Source of the DNA: a virus
Taxonomy: Duplodnaviria > Caudoviricetes
DNA: 64,000 nt
Direction: 5' to 3' (one strand)
Virus record (IMG/VR): IMGVR_UViG_3300021255_005861
Location: 121,667-185,666 of that record
The position numbers were made by a program, and so were the translations under genes. Under the pieces are notes generated by a model, which was given only the letters and a program-made list of their open reading frames with translations, was not told the DNA's origin and did no database searches. Position 1 is the stretch's first letter; the number at the start of each line of letters is the position of its first letter. Shown in pieces: positions 44,681 through 54,997 of the stretch.

Positions 44681-47358
44681 GTAACAACACTGCACAACTT
44701 GTACTTGTCTCGATCCGCGGGAACTCGGCGGTGCTCCGCTCCGATGCCGGTATCCGGTACCACGTGGTGAACACCCCCGTGTCCGTGTTGACGGTGCCCG
44801 CATACGTGGACTACACGGTGGAGTTCCCGTCCGTGGAAATGACCGATACGGACGGGACGACCCGCGACGTGTCGGAGTACCTGTCGTGCAACCACCCGAA
44901 CCCGGAACTTCCGGGCCTCTACCGCCTGTCGTTCATGCTGTCGCTCCCGGGGGATGCCCCAGTGGAGATATGGGCCTCGTACGTGTCTATCGAGGAGCCG
45001 CCCCTTCTGAGGGGCGCCGTGTCCCCGTGGATGCGCGAGAACCGCACCGTTTCCGACCTATCCCGCATCGTGATGGAGCCGCAGTTCCAGGAGGCACTGT
45101 ACGCGGTGCGCTCGCCCATGTACAACTTCATGGTGTCCAACACGCCGAAGTGCGTCAGCGCTGCGTCGCTCCCCAGGTTCAAGGGGATACAAGGATATGC
45201 CCTCACGAAGGCCATATTCCTCTCCACACAGCAGCTGCCCGCGGGCACCGAGATACGCTCCGGGGACTACACGTTTACGCTGAAGACGCCCAAGCTGGCG
45301 CCAGACTACGTCCCCGGCGTGCACTATGGAAAATACGACGTGGTCCGCTACACGGGCACGTACTGGCTCGCGCTGGACGATACCGACACTATTCCCTCCG
45401 AGGACGGATGGCTCCAGGGGTACCCGTACGAGGTGTCCGAGGAGAGCATCCCGGAAGCCGGGAACATCCCCGTGGATTCCGTACTCGTTACGGCGGACGC
45501 AGGTGGCTACCTGTTCCGAGTTGATGCGCTGTCCGGGATTACCATAGGCCACTACTGGGGCATGTACGACCCGAACAGCTTCTACGACTACCAGGTGGGC
45601 GATCTCGTCTCCGTGGTGTCCGAGAACGTCTACTACCTGTACCGCAGGAACGACACGGACACGTCGCAGAAGGAGATAGAGCTGTCCTACATGCCGGGTA
45701 ACTACAGGAACCCGCACTGGGACGAGGTGTACTGCGCCAGCCCGCAGGGCATGCTCCGCGACCCCGTTATAACGCCCGTGACGAACGCCTCCAATAGCAT
45801 CGTGTCTAAGACGGGATCCGTCATGGACGGCGTGTTCCGCATCTACTCCCGCCTTGCCGGAATCCCCATGGAACTGGTGGACGCACTCGGACTGAAGAAG
45901 GGAGTGCTTATATGGGCGCTCCTCTACAGGACAAGGAACACGTACTACGGCCTCAAGACGGCGCTGCAGGCGCTGGGCATGAGCATCACGAGCCTAGAGA
46001 GGGTGCACCCCTCCATCAAGTATACCTCCGGTGGCACCGAGATAACGGACGTGTACGACGAGATAGGCAAGTGCAAGGACATGGCGAAGTCTATCAAGGC
46101 GGGAAGGCTGCTCATGAGCAGGCCCGACCTGCCGACGCCGCTCCCGGCTGACGCTGCCGCCATTCCGTACATCCACTACAAGGACGGCGGGACGGTAGAG
46201 AGGTACGTACCCGGCACGGGATGGACCGACTACTACGAGTTCGAGAAGCTCTCGGGCGACTTTGACCCCTCCGAGTGGGACTTCAGCAAGAACAACCGAT
46301 ACTACGAGGCGACCGTTGCCTTCCTGGACAGGATAGCGGGCGACAACCTCATAGACATGGGCGACGGCGAGGAGTGGCTCTCCGACGAGGCGTTCGCCCC
46401 GATATCGTCCCAGCTGGACACGCTTTTCGCGTACGAGATACCCATATACATCTACCTCCGCATGAAGGTGCGCCTCGCCTCCGTGGGCACCATGGCCCAT
46501 GTCGGCACCATGGGCGGTGTCGTATATCATGGCGCATACGGCGGCGACGTAGAGATGCGCGTGTACCCAAGCAAGATGTTCGACGTGGTGTCGTTGGCCA
46601 CCAAGGAGTATTGGCCGGTAGTGTCCGTCAGCGACACCGAGAACGGCACATATGCGGTAGCGGACTACGATATGTCCTCGCTGCTTGACTTCCGCAGGTA
46701 CAGGTTCGACCACAACGTATACGTCAAGTTCGCCCTCCCGGATGGCCCAATGGCTACCGGGTACTGGGTCTCCCCGTACGCCATCGGGCGCCTTGTTGGC
46801 ATGTCCGAGCCACTGTTCCTCTGCAACGGGGAGGTGGGCGTGACCGTGGAGGTGTCCGACACCTCGAGCCTGACCGTCACCGTCTCGGCGTACATATGGA
46901 ACTACATCTTCGGCAACGACGGCAGCCCGTGGGAGACTGACGAGGAAGAGTATGAAATTCCGTTCGCGGGATACCGCGAGATACCGAGCACGTTCATATC
47001 GGAGTGGCACGGCACGGCGCTGGCGTTTACGAACTACATCGACAAGGTCACGTCTCCGCAGGGTAACATCACCCCGTCGGAACCGCCGGACCTTGTGCCC
47101 GTGACAAGCAACCTTATATCACAGGAGACTATCGACGACAGCATCGTGATATCGGACCTCGTGACATCCGACGGCGACACGCTGTACGCCTTCGAGGGCA
47201 ACGACCTGTACCTGTCCGGCACCATCCCCGAGGTCATATACTTCTGGCACGGGGAGGTCATCATAGGTACGCTATATCTAGGAGAGATACCCTATATGAC
47301 GGAAGCACCCGAGGGCGAGCCGAACATAAAGATATCGTTCACGGGGGTATTTGCATGA
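44677..47358 (+). CDS. Large baseplate/tail protein
   Basis: 893 aa from ATG 44677; Y..GD.V repeats. Confidence 0.5.
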   Translation: MSNNTAQLVLVSIRGNSAVLRSDAGIRYHVVNTPVSVLTVPAYVDYTVEFPSVEMTDTDGTTRDVSEYLSCNHPNPELPGLYRLSFMLSLPGDAPVEIWASYVSIEEPPLLRGAVSPWMRENRTVSDLSRIVMEPQFQEALYAVRSPMYNFMVSNTPKCVSAASLPRFKGIQGYALTKAIFLSTQQLPAGTEIRSGDYTFTLKTPKLAPDYVPGVHYGKYDVVRYTGTYWLALDDTDTIPSEDGWLQGYPYEVSEESIPEAGNIPVDSVLVTADAGGYLFRVDALSGITIGHYWGMYDPNSFYDYQVGDLVSVVSENVYYLYRRNDTDTSQKEIELSYMPGNYRNPHWDEVYCASPQGMLRDPVITPVTNASNSIVSKTGSVMDGVFRIYSRLAGIPMELVDALGLKKGVLIWALLYRTRNTYYGLKTALQALGMSITSLERVHPSIKYTSGGTEITDVYDEIGKCKDMAKSIKAGRLLMSRPDLPTPLPADAAAIPYIHYKDGGTVERYVPGTGWTDYYEFEKLSGDFDPSEWDFSKNNRYYEATVAFLDRIAGDNLIDMGDGEEWLSDEAFAPISSQLDTLFAYEIPIYIYLRMKVRLASVGTMAHVGTMGGVVYHGAYGGDVEMRVYPSKMFDVVSLATKEYWPVVSVSDTENGTYAVADYDMSSLLDFRRYRFDHNVYVKFALPDGPMATGYWVSPYAIGRLVGMSEPLFLCNGEVGVTVEVSDTSSLTVTVSAYIWNYIFGNDGSPWETDEEEYEIPFAGYREIPSTFISEWHGTALAFTNYIDKVTSPQGNITPSEPPDLVPVTSNLISQETIDDSIVISDLVTSDGDTLYAFEGNDLYLSGTIPEVIYFWHGEVIIGTLYLGEIPYMTEAPEGEPNIKISFTGVFA

Positions 47359-47389
47359 CGACTTTATTTAAAGATTTGGAGAGACGCAC

Positions 47390-48805
47390 ATGAGCGTAGA
47401 CATTATTACCAATGAGGGCGTACGCGCCATCAACCACACGATAACGACCGCGGTCAAGTTGAAGATCAAGGAGGCCGTCCTCGTCATGTACGCGGATACG
47501 CTTACCCCGCAGACCGCTGCGGTACTGACGTACACGGACTTGCCCAGCAGTACTAGCAGGATGATTCCCACGAGCTGCCTGCCGTGTGCGGTGTCGCAGC
47601 CATCGGCGGAGGACCCCTCCGTCATGGAGGACGTGTCCGCCCTGGACATCGAGTTCACCTACCTGCCGAACTCGTCCGTGACCTACAACCTAATCGGCGT
47701 ATGCGCCCGATACTACTACGAGATATCCGATTATGGCATAAGGACGTATTCCGTCGGAGACGTGGTATCCTACGGCAACGGGTACTACAAGTGTATTCAG
47801 GGATATACCGCAGTTGCGAATGGTAGCACCCCGCTGACGGGGCTCGGTACGTACTGGGAGAGTGTTACCGTGGATACGGAGTCGCTGTATCCGACCAACG
47901 TGCCGAACAAGGAATATAAGGCGCTGTCGTCGGAGCCGCCCATCCTGCTCTACGTGTCGCAACTGGGCAACCCCGTGACGCTGTCCGCGTCGCTCGAGGT
48001 GGACTACAAGCTGCGCATATACCTTACCAACGTGGCTACCGCCGCGGAGATGCAGGAGCGCATCTACTTCGACACGCTCGGGCCGGAGTTCAGCGCATCC
48101 GCCCAGCTCGACACGCTTGCCACTATCGCAAGTATCTTCTCTAATACTCGAGCCCTCGTGTCCGGCATGGTCGCAAGCGGCGCAACCTTTAATCTAGTTA
48201 CTCCGGGGGTTGCGACCTCCGAGGAGGAAGAAATGAGAATAGCATATTTCAAGACGCAGGCCATCACGGATCACGAGTTTACCGGCGATGCCGCCGACAG
48301 CGAGGTGTCCCCGACCGACCCGCTGTTGCTCAACCTCAACCGCATGGACTCCGGCATCGACGGGGTGAACTACCTCTCCGTATTCTCCTCGACCGGGAAG
48401 ACCAACCGCATCAAGAAGGCCCGAGTGTCCCTGGGCGGTAGTGGTGTGCTCGAGTCCCGCGCCGTCAAGGCGGCAGTTATCTACATGCAGGCTGTTATCC
48501 CAGCGTCCGCTTCCACACGTGGCGAGGACTACGTCATCGGAACGTTCACGGTTACCTTGAGTCGCTGGGGCGAGTGGGAGGACAAGGACATCGAGCTGTT
48601 CGTTCTCGACAACGTGTCCGAATGGAAGCCCCAGTACCGCAACACCAAGCCAATGGCGCTGAAGGCCCTGAATACGTCCGTGTTCTACGTCCAGGACTTC
48701 AATATCCAGGACACCTTCGTCGGGCAGACCCTCCCGATATACCTCGAACTCGGTATATCCGCCGACATCGTCCTCGGCAGCGACATGACCACCATTCTCG
48801 ACTAG
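47390..48805 (+). CDS. Tail-fibre-associated protein
   Basis: IITNEG N-terminus typical of fibre anchors; YSVGDVVSY..YYKC module. Confidence 0.5.
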   Translation: MSVDIITNEGVRAINHTITTAVKLKIKEAVLVMYADTLTPQTAAVLTYTDLPSSTSRMIPTSCLPCAVSQPSAEDPSVMEDVSALDIEFTYLPNSSVTYNLIGVCARYYYEISDYGIRTYSVGDVVSYGNGYYKCIQGYTAVANGSTPLTGLGTYWESVTVDTESLYPTNVPNKEYKALSSEPPILLYVSQLGNPVTLSASLEVDYKLRIYLTNVATAAEMQERIYFDTLGPEFSASAQLDTLATIASIFSNTRALVSGMVASGATFNLVTPGVATSEEEEMRIAYFKTQAITDHEFTGDAADSEVSPTDPLLLNLNRMDSGIDGVNYLSVFSSTGKTNRIKKARVSLGGSGVLESRAVKAAVIYMQAVIPASASTRGEDYVIGTFTVTLSRWGEWEDKDIELFVLDNVSEWKPQYRNTKPMALKALNTSVFYVQDFNIQDTFVGQTLPIYLELGISADIVLGSDMTTILD

Positions 48806-48813
48806 GGGGATTT

Positions 48814-49407
48814 ATGGCCGTAACACTACGTGAAGTCCTCGACGAGGAACTGAACATCGAGACGGAGGAACTCATATCGGATTCCGCCGTCGTGCGCATG
48901 TACAACAAGGCGGTGCACTGGTACCGCAAGTACAGGCTGTTCCCGCGCACGAATACCTTCAACTACTCCATAGAGAGCGGCGACTACGTCCCCGACATCC
49001 TCATGGACCAGGAGGTGACGATAGATGGTAAGACGGGCCCGCTCTCCGAGTTCGTGGATACGCGGACCCGCTACTTCAACGGCACCAAGACCATCCAGGT
49101 CACTATAGCGCTTACGGCCAACAACGCCTATTTGGCGGGACTCCCCCGCGAATTGGAGGGGCTGTTCGTCGCCTATTGCAAGAAGGCCATAGGGCGGCGC
49201 CTCAAATTCTCCAAGTACCCGAGCCAGCCGTTCGACCTCGACGGGGAGGGGCTCTTCTCCGAGGGCGAGGCGGGTATAAAGGAATGGGAGGAGTTCATCA
49301 TGACGAACCGCGACGAGGACCCCGAAAACATAACCGACCTCCGCAAGGAGGCGTACACCGGCGTACCGCCTACCTACTATATGCAAGGACACGTACTCTG
49401 GCGCTAA
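48814..49407 (+). CDS. Putative neck/head-completion protein
   Basis: 197 aa before the portal; LDGEGLFSEG pattern. Confidence 0.45.
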   Translation: MAVTLREVLDEELNIETEELISDSAVVRMYNKAVHWYRKYRLFPRTNTFNYSIESGDYVPDILMDQEVTIDGKTGPLSEFVDTRTRYFNGTKTIQVTIALTANNAYLAGLPRELEGLFVAYCKKAIGRRLKFSKYPSQPFDLDGEGLFSEGEAGIKEWEEFIMTNRDEDPENITDLRKEAYTGVPPTYYMQGHVLWR

Positions 49408-49419
49408 GGACTTTGAACC

Positions 49420-50970
49420 ATGAACGTATTTTCGAGACTAACACAGACCTTCCTCAACGCCTTCGCCGACTACACGATGCTGAAGGACGTCGGCAAGCGT
49501 ATTACCGATGTCGAGGAACTCATCGCGTCCTCCGAGAAGGACAGGGCGGTAATGCAGGACATCGCCAACCAGCCGACGGCGCAGATGTCCCTGCTCACGC
49601 AACTGTACGAGAACTTCGTCCAGTACCGCTACGACGTCAACAAGTACGAGCCGCTCAAGACCAACTACTTCGTCATGGCGATGATAGACACGCTGTCCTA
49701 CGACATCCTCGCTATAGACCCGAGAACGAACCTCACGTTCGACATAACCGTGGACAAGCGCTACGCAAAGGCCAACAAAGCCAACAAGCTCGTCAACGAC
49801 TTCCGCATCATGACGCAACTCGATACCTACGTGTCCAAGTTGCTGTTCGACGCCATATTCTACGGCCAGTACTTTGTCGAGTACATCCGCGACAAGGAGG
49901 GCCACATCATCGGGCTGAAGGACAGCTACCAGCCCGGTTCCATCTTCACGGTCAGCCTCGAGGGGCTGAACACGAACCCGATGTACTACAAGCTCTCCGT
50001 GGACAAGGTCAACAACATCGAGTTGCTGGACAACCGCAATATCGCCTGCCTGGAGATGCAGAGCGACCGCTACAGGCTCTCTCTCGCCTCCATGACGGTC
50101 ACGATGCAGTCCAGGGACGCGACGATAGCCCAGACGGGACGTATGGGTCGCCCGTTCTGCTTCGACATATACGACAAGCTGACAGCCCTCGAGATGCTGG
50201 AACAGCTCGACCTCGCCTCCATCAACGCTTCCCTGCAAAGGAACTCCCTCGTGTCCGTGACCGCCCCCGACGGCCTTGATTTGGAACAACTCAAGGAGTT
50301 CACGGCCTGGTACGAGAAGGCGATAAACAACAACGGCGAAGACAAGCTCGGGGCATACAACCCCGAGATGATACGTATGTACGCGGCGGAAGCCACGAAA
50401 CTGCGCGTCATCCCGCAGCAAAGCCAGAGGGGCAGCATCGCCGCCTCGCTAGGCGCCTCCGAGAACGCCTCCGTGGAAGGCCTTCCCGACAGGATAGCGA
50501 ACCTCCGCAATCTCATTCTCGACATCAAGGCCATCCCGGCAGAGTTTATTTTCACCGGCAGGGACGAGCAGAAGGTCGGAGGTGCACTTAGACGCTATGC
50601 ACGCTACGCCCGAGTCGTGAAGGCGGGGCAGGCGGCACTGCAGCGCTTCCTCACGCAGATAATCACCGACATGCTCGAGTCCTACGGCTACACCGACCTA
50701 GATGACATGATCCTCGTGTCCCAGTACTGCGCCATCAACACGAGCGAACTCGACCGCCTCGAGTATGCGGATGCGGCGGCCACCGTTATCGGCAACGTGT
50801 TCAATACGATACAGACGATTACGACTGACGAGGCCGTCTCCGAGTACGTGGACAAGAAGGCTCGTGCCGCATACTACGAGTCCCTGCTCGACGGTATCGC
50901 TGGGGCCACCCAAATCATCAACGTCGAGGACAATGATCCCGACACGAAGGGCAACAAGGTTACCGGGTAA
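49420..50970 (+). CDS. Portal protein (distant T4 gp20-like)
   Basis: 516 aa helical; FYGQYF, IPAEF, RYARVVK..Q pattern. Confidence 0.6.
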   Translation: MNVFSRLTQTFLNAFADYTMLKDVGKRITDVEELIASSEKDRAVMQDIANQPTAQMSLLTQLYENFVQYRYDVNKYEPLKTNYFVMAMIDTLSYDILAIDPRTNLTFDITVDKRYAKANKANKLVNDFRIMTQLDTYVSKLLFDAIFYGQYFVEYIRDKEGHIIGLKDSYQPGSIFTVSLEGLNTNPMYYKLSVDKVNNIELLDNRNIACLEMQSDRYRLSLASMTVTMQSRDATIAQTGRMGRPFCFDIYDKLTALEMLEQLDLASINASLQRNSLVSVTAPDGLDLEQLKEFTAWYEKAINNNGEDKLGAYNPEMIRMYAAEATKLRVIPQQSQRGSIAASLGASENASVEGLPDRIANLRNLILDIKAIPAEFIFTGRDEQKVGGALRRYARYARVVKAGQAALQRFLTQIITDMLESYGYTDLDDMILVSQYCAINTSELDRLEYADAAATVIGNVFNTIQTITTDEAVSEYVDKKARAAYYESLLDGIAGATQIINVEDNDPDTKGNKVTG

Positions 50971-51560
50971 TGGGTACGCGGAGCCACCACAAGAGCCACC
51001 GCTGGTTCGATAAGAGCGCCACGCTCCGCAAGGCCGCCAAGTACATACACGAGCGCAAAATAGCGGCAGTGAAAGCCGAGCAGATACGGGAGAGGAGCGG
51101 ACCCGCCTCCATGGAGTGGATGCAGTCCGCCCTGTTCCTATACGCCGCCCGCAAGGAAGGAATGCAGGACGACCTCAAGAAGGCGCTATGGGCGTACACC
51201 TCCGCCATGATACACAAGCTGGAACTTATACTCACCGACGCCGAGCACATCGCCAAGAGCAAGGACATCGAGGACACGTACCGCTGGTGCGCCACCCAGT
51301 TGCGTGTGGCCATTACTAGGCACTTGAAACTCCTGGAGTGGGCTGAGGGCGACATACTCGTGCCACGTGCGGACAATATCTCGCACCATATACAGGGCAC
51401 GGTGCACAAGCCGACCGTCACGCAGGCCAACGATGCCATCACTTACATGGTGGGCGAGTACAAGATGGCAAACCCGGATGCCAAGGACATACTCCCGAAG
51501 AAGGACTCCGAGATAGACGCGGTTACTCCTCGACACTATACTGAGAAGGAAGGCTTGTAG
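50970..51560 (+). CDS. Hypothetical protein
   Basis: 196 aa coupled ORF. Confidence 0.6.
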   Translation: MGTRSHHKSHRWFDKSATLRKAAKYIHERKIAAVKAEQIRERSGPASMEWMQSALFLYAARKEGMQDDLKKALWAYTSAMIHKLELILTDAEHIAKSKDIEDTYRWCATQLRVAITRHLKLLEWAEGDILVPRADNISHHIQGTVHKPTVTQANDAITYMVGEYKMANPDAKDILPKKDSEIDAVTPRHYTEKEGL

Positions 51561-51599
51561 CCTATATTGTTTTTGTAGAATTAACTTAGAGGTGCTGCA

Positions 51600-51908
51600 A
51601 TGCAGACTTACCAGAAGTGGACAAGGAAGGAACTGAACCTGATAGCGAAGGGCAAGGTGCCGCCGGGACGCACGTACCACCAGGCGGCCACGCGGGCGCA
51701 CAAGCTGGGTATCCCGTGGGGAGAACTACGCAAGGACGTGTCCGGGCGGTGGGACTCCGACGACAAGGTGCTGCTCGCGGGCGACATCCCGAAAGGGCGT
51801 ACTTGGGAGGCCATACGCCACCGCAAGAACAAGCTCGGGCTGGGGAAGGAAGACCACCCGACATACGAGGAATTTCAACAACTGCCGAAGAGGAAGAAAC
51901 ATGCCTAG
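51600..51908 (+). CDS. Tandem Myb/SANT-like DNA-binding protein
   Basis: Two W....L...GRT..A....KLG repeats. Confidence 0.55.
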   Translation: MQTYQKWTRKELNLIAKGKVPPGRTYHQAATRAHKLGIPWGELRKDVSGRWDSDDKVLLAGDIPKGRTWEAIRHRKNKLGLGKEDHPTYEEFQQLPKRKKHA

Positions 51909-52197
51909 AACAAAGAAGAAAACCGAACCGACCAACTCGTTCGACCTGCTGTGCGAAATCCTGCCCGCTAGCGAGGAACTGAAGCCCGAGGAGGCGTACA
52001 AGAGAGTGCGCGAGGCTATAGAGAGCGGGAAACTTTCGCAGGACGCCATCGTGGAACTGCTGGTGTGTGCGAGCGCCATGCCGAACATCGTGGCCGAGAA
52101 CATGCAACTCACGAGCGAGAACAAGAAGCTGTTCCGGCAGGTGCTGGCGGTGTCCAACGTGCCTGCCAACCTCCCGCTGAACCTGAAGGCGAACTAG
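51901..52197 (+). CDS. Hypothetical protein
   Basis: 98 aa coupled ORF. Confidence 0.55.
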   Translation: MPRTKKKTEPTNSFDLLCEILPASEELKPEEAYKRVREAIESGKLSQDAIVELLVCASAMPNIVAENMQLTSENKKLFRQVLAVSNVPANLPLNLKAN

Positions 52198-52270
52198 CCC
52201 GTAAGCAAAAAATAATATCGCCCTCCGTGAGAAATAAGTTATATTTATACGCGGAGGTTTTTTTTTGTAT

Positions 52271-52903
52271 ATGCAACTCAAATTTTCTACAAAAAATATC
52301 GCCATAGCAATCGAGACCGCCCCGAGGAAGGGCATCATGGACACGTGGTTCCCCGCGTGGGCTTCCCGCAGGAACCCCGGAAAGGAAGGGGACGACCTGG
52401 AGGACACCGCTGCGCTCTATCCCGAGTTCGGCCAGCTCTGCGCCGTGTCCCTTATCGACGTGGACTCCAGGGAGACGGCTAACTACGTTGCGAAGGATGT
52501 CGAGGAGGAAAGGCAGATGCTGGAGGGTCTATTGGATTATTTGGACCAGCCCGGAATCACGCTCATCGGGCACGCCCTCAAGTCGTTCATCCTGCCGTGG
52601 ATGGCCAAGCGCTACCTAGCGGTACTCTCCTACATTCCCCCTGCGCTGGACGTGGCGAGGATGAAGCCGTGGGAAGTCCCGCACAAGGACACGATGGAAC
52701 TGATGAAGTTCGGGGGTAACAGCATGTCGCTCCGCGCCTCGTGCCTGATGCTCGGCCTCGACGACCCGAACGAGTCCGTAGACGGGACGCTCATCAGCGG
52801 TCTGTTCCGGATCGGGGCGACCGACCGCATCGGGGAATACTGCCTGAAGCGGGCGATAGCCACGGCGCAGGTATACAAGAGGATAGATAGGGCGCTGTCG
52901 TGA
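52271..52903 (+). CDS. PolB-related 3'-5' exonuclease-fold protein, probably inactive
   Basis: AALYPEFGQ, KPWE..HKDTM signatures; catalytic Asp positions replaced. Confidence 0.65.
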   Translation: MQLKFSTKNIAIAIETAPRKGIMDTWFPAWASRRNPGKEGDDLEDTAALYPEFGQLCAVSLIDVDSRETANYVAKDVEEERQMLEGLLDYLDQPGITLIGHALKSFILPWMAKRYLAVLSYIPPALDVARMKPWEVPHKDTMELMKFGGNSMSLRASCLMLGLDDPNESVDGTLISGLFRIGATDRIGEYCLKRAIATAQVYKRIDRALS

Positions 52904-52934
52904 CGTTGCTATATTGTTGATTAGGAGTTTATAG

Positions 52935-53444
52935 ATGGCACATCGTGGTTATATAGGCATCGATAATGGTAACACGGGCTCGATAGGGTGGATAAAGGAT
53001 GGCGTCCACGGAATGATTGAGACCCCCGTCAAGGTGGAGCAGTCCTACACCAAGAAGGCGCAGAAGATGACCCGCATCGACCACGTACGCCTTGCGGAGC
53101 TGTTCCGCGAGGTGCAAGGGGACTGCGACCCGTCCGAGGTGTTCGTCATCCTGGAGCGCCCCTTGACGAATAACAAGTTCGGTAGCGCCGTAGTGTCCGC
53201 CGCACGCGCCTTCGAGGTGACTAGGTGCCTCGTAGAGCAGGCACACTTCGCCTACGAGATAGTAGACAGCAAGCAGTGGCAGAAGAAGCTGCTCCCGTAC
53301 GGCATCAAGGGCTCGGACAACTTGAAGTCCGCATCCAAGGATATCGGGCTACGGCTCTTCCCCGACCTGGAGGGAGTTATCAAGAAGCACAAGGATAGCG
53401 ATGGCCTGCTCATTGCCGAATGGGCACGAAGAGAACAACTATAA
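52935..53444 (+). CDS. RuvC-like Holliday junction resolvase
   Basis: YIGIDNG, ILERP, QWQK, DGLLIA. Confidence 0.75.
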   Translation: MAHRGYIGIDNGNTGSIGWIKDGVHGMIETPVKVEQSYTKKAQKMTRIDHVRLAELFREVQGDCDPSEVFVILERPLTNNKFGSAVVSAARAFEVTRCLVEQAHFAYEIVDSKQWQKKLLPYGIKGSDNLKSASKDIGLRLFPDLEGVIKKHKDSDGLLIAEWARREQL

Positions 53445-53455
53445 GGAGATATACT

Positions 53456-53920
53456 ATGCAAGACTCTACACCGGATACACTCGCCCACCGCCAGATGGTA
53501 GTCGATTTCGCCACGGACTTCTGCACGGACATCATGGACAGGGCGGAGAGGCACGACGAGTCCAAGTTGCACGAACCTGAGAAGGAGCGCTTCGACTACG
53601 TCGGTACGCACCAGCACCTGTCCAAGCATCAGTATGGCTCGGACGAGTACAAGAAATCTCTTGAATACTTGGGTCCAGCGCTACAGCACCACTATGAGGT
53701 CAACGACCACCACCCGCAGCACTTCGAGAACGGCGTGGACGGGATGAACCTCATGCAACTGGTAGAGATGTGGTGCGACTGGTGCGCCGCCTGCAAGCGC
53801 AACAAGGGCGGGAACATCCGCCAGTCCCTCGAGGTGAACAAGGATAGGTTCGGGCTCTCCGACCAGCTCTACAATATTTTGCTGAACACCGCGGAGGCCA
53901 TGGACAATGGCGTGGCCTAG
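53456..53920 (+). CDS. DUF5662-like HD-fold protein
   Basis: HDESK, HHY..NDHHPQH, EMWCDW. Confidence 0.7.
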   Translation: MQDSTPDTLAHRQMVVDFATDFCTDIMDRAERHDESKLHEPEKERFDYVGTHQHLSKHQYGSDEYKKSLEYLGPALQHHYEVNDHHPQHFENGVDGMNLMQLVEMWCDWCAACKRNKGGNIRQSLEVNKDRFGLSDQLYNILLNTAEAMDNGVA

Positions 53921-54713
53921 ACGGTTCAAGCGGGTAGTGTACAAGGCGATGTCCACGGAACGGGGCGCCGAGATGCTCTACGTCCCCCAATGGTGGCTGG
54001 GCTGGTGGCACTGCTATTGGACGAACTTCGGGACGGGATTCGAGCCCGTGGCCTACGACAACAAATACGACGCATTCGATTACATTCGGGGACATAGATG
54101 ATAACATTGAGTCATAGGCGGATCTGCGTGATGTTGGACGGGGGCTCGTTCCTGGTGCGTTCCACCGAGCACACGCTACTGCAGCAAGTGCTCGCCTGCA
54201 TCGAGACGTACGCTATGGACGACTACAAGACAATAGAGGTCGGCGACTGGGTAGCGGTTGGGCTGGGCGACCCTGCGCATGCCGAGTGGCTCGCCAAAGA
54301 AATTTTGAAATTGGAGAAATAAACCATGAAGAACAAGATTGGCGGGATCTGCCCGCAGTGCAATTCCTTCAAGTACTGCCGAAACGCATGCAACGGCGTC
54401 AAGCAGTGCCTGAACTTCAACAAGTTCCCCAAGGAGGGGAAAGATGAGCGTCCCCGCAACGGATAGGTACGGGCGCAAGCTGCTCTACCGCCTCGAGGGC
54501 ATCCTCGCCAACTACGTTACGGGGGACATGCCTCCCGTGACATACGAGATAGCGAATGGGGTGGTGACGATGAAGATGTGGCTGCCGGGGCTGACCCAGA
54601 TGCAGGCCGACCTGCTCGTGCAGCAGATGTCCTTCGCCTTCCGTAGGGCAAATATCTTCTGGAAGCAGGAGGAGTCCGTGGCGTTGTACATCTCGTACAA
54701 GGAGGTGGCATGA
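53907..54713 (+). other. Cluster of small hypothetical genes
   Basis: Coupled ORFs 53907-54101, 54098-54322 and 54444-54713. Confidence 0.45.
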
Positions 54714-54997
54714 CGGAGTTATTGATATTCTGCGCCTCGGTGGTGCTCGTTATAGTGGGGACGGCGGTCCTGGTGACACTCACGGAGGATAAAAAATAGT
54801 TTTTCCGTAAGTTTTCCGTAAAATATATGTATATTTAGGTACATGAGAAACTACGGGAAAGCATATACGGAACATTGCGGCTCTAGCGGGCTACTTTCTC
54901 CGTGCCCCCCCCCTACGTTAAATTTTATTTACATTTCAGTATGCTCGCCCGAGCGGATTGATGTCCGTCCGGGTATTTCTGCATATACGGAGGATCT

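Noticed and set aside
8725-50421. Many long antisense or alternate-frame ORFs (e.g. 8840-10042, 26934-28616, 39731-41086, 49438-50421)
   Set aside because: Shadows of GC3-rich genes; Arg/Gly/His-rich translations without motifs
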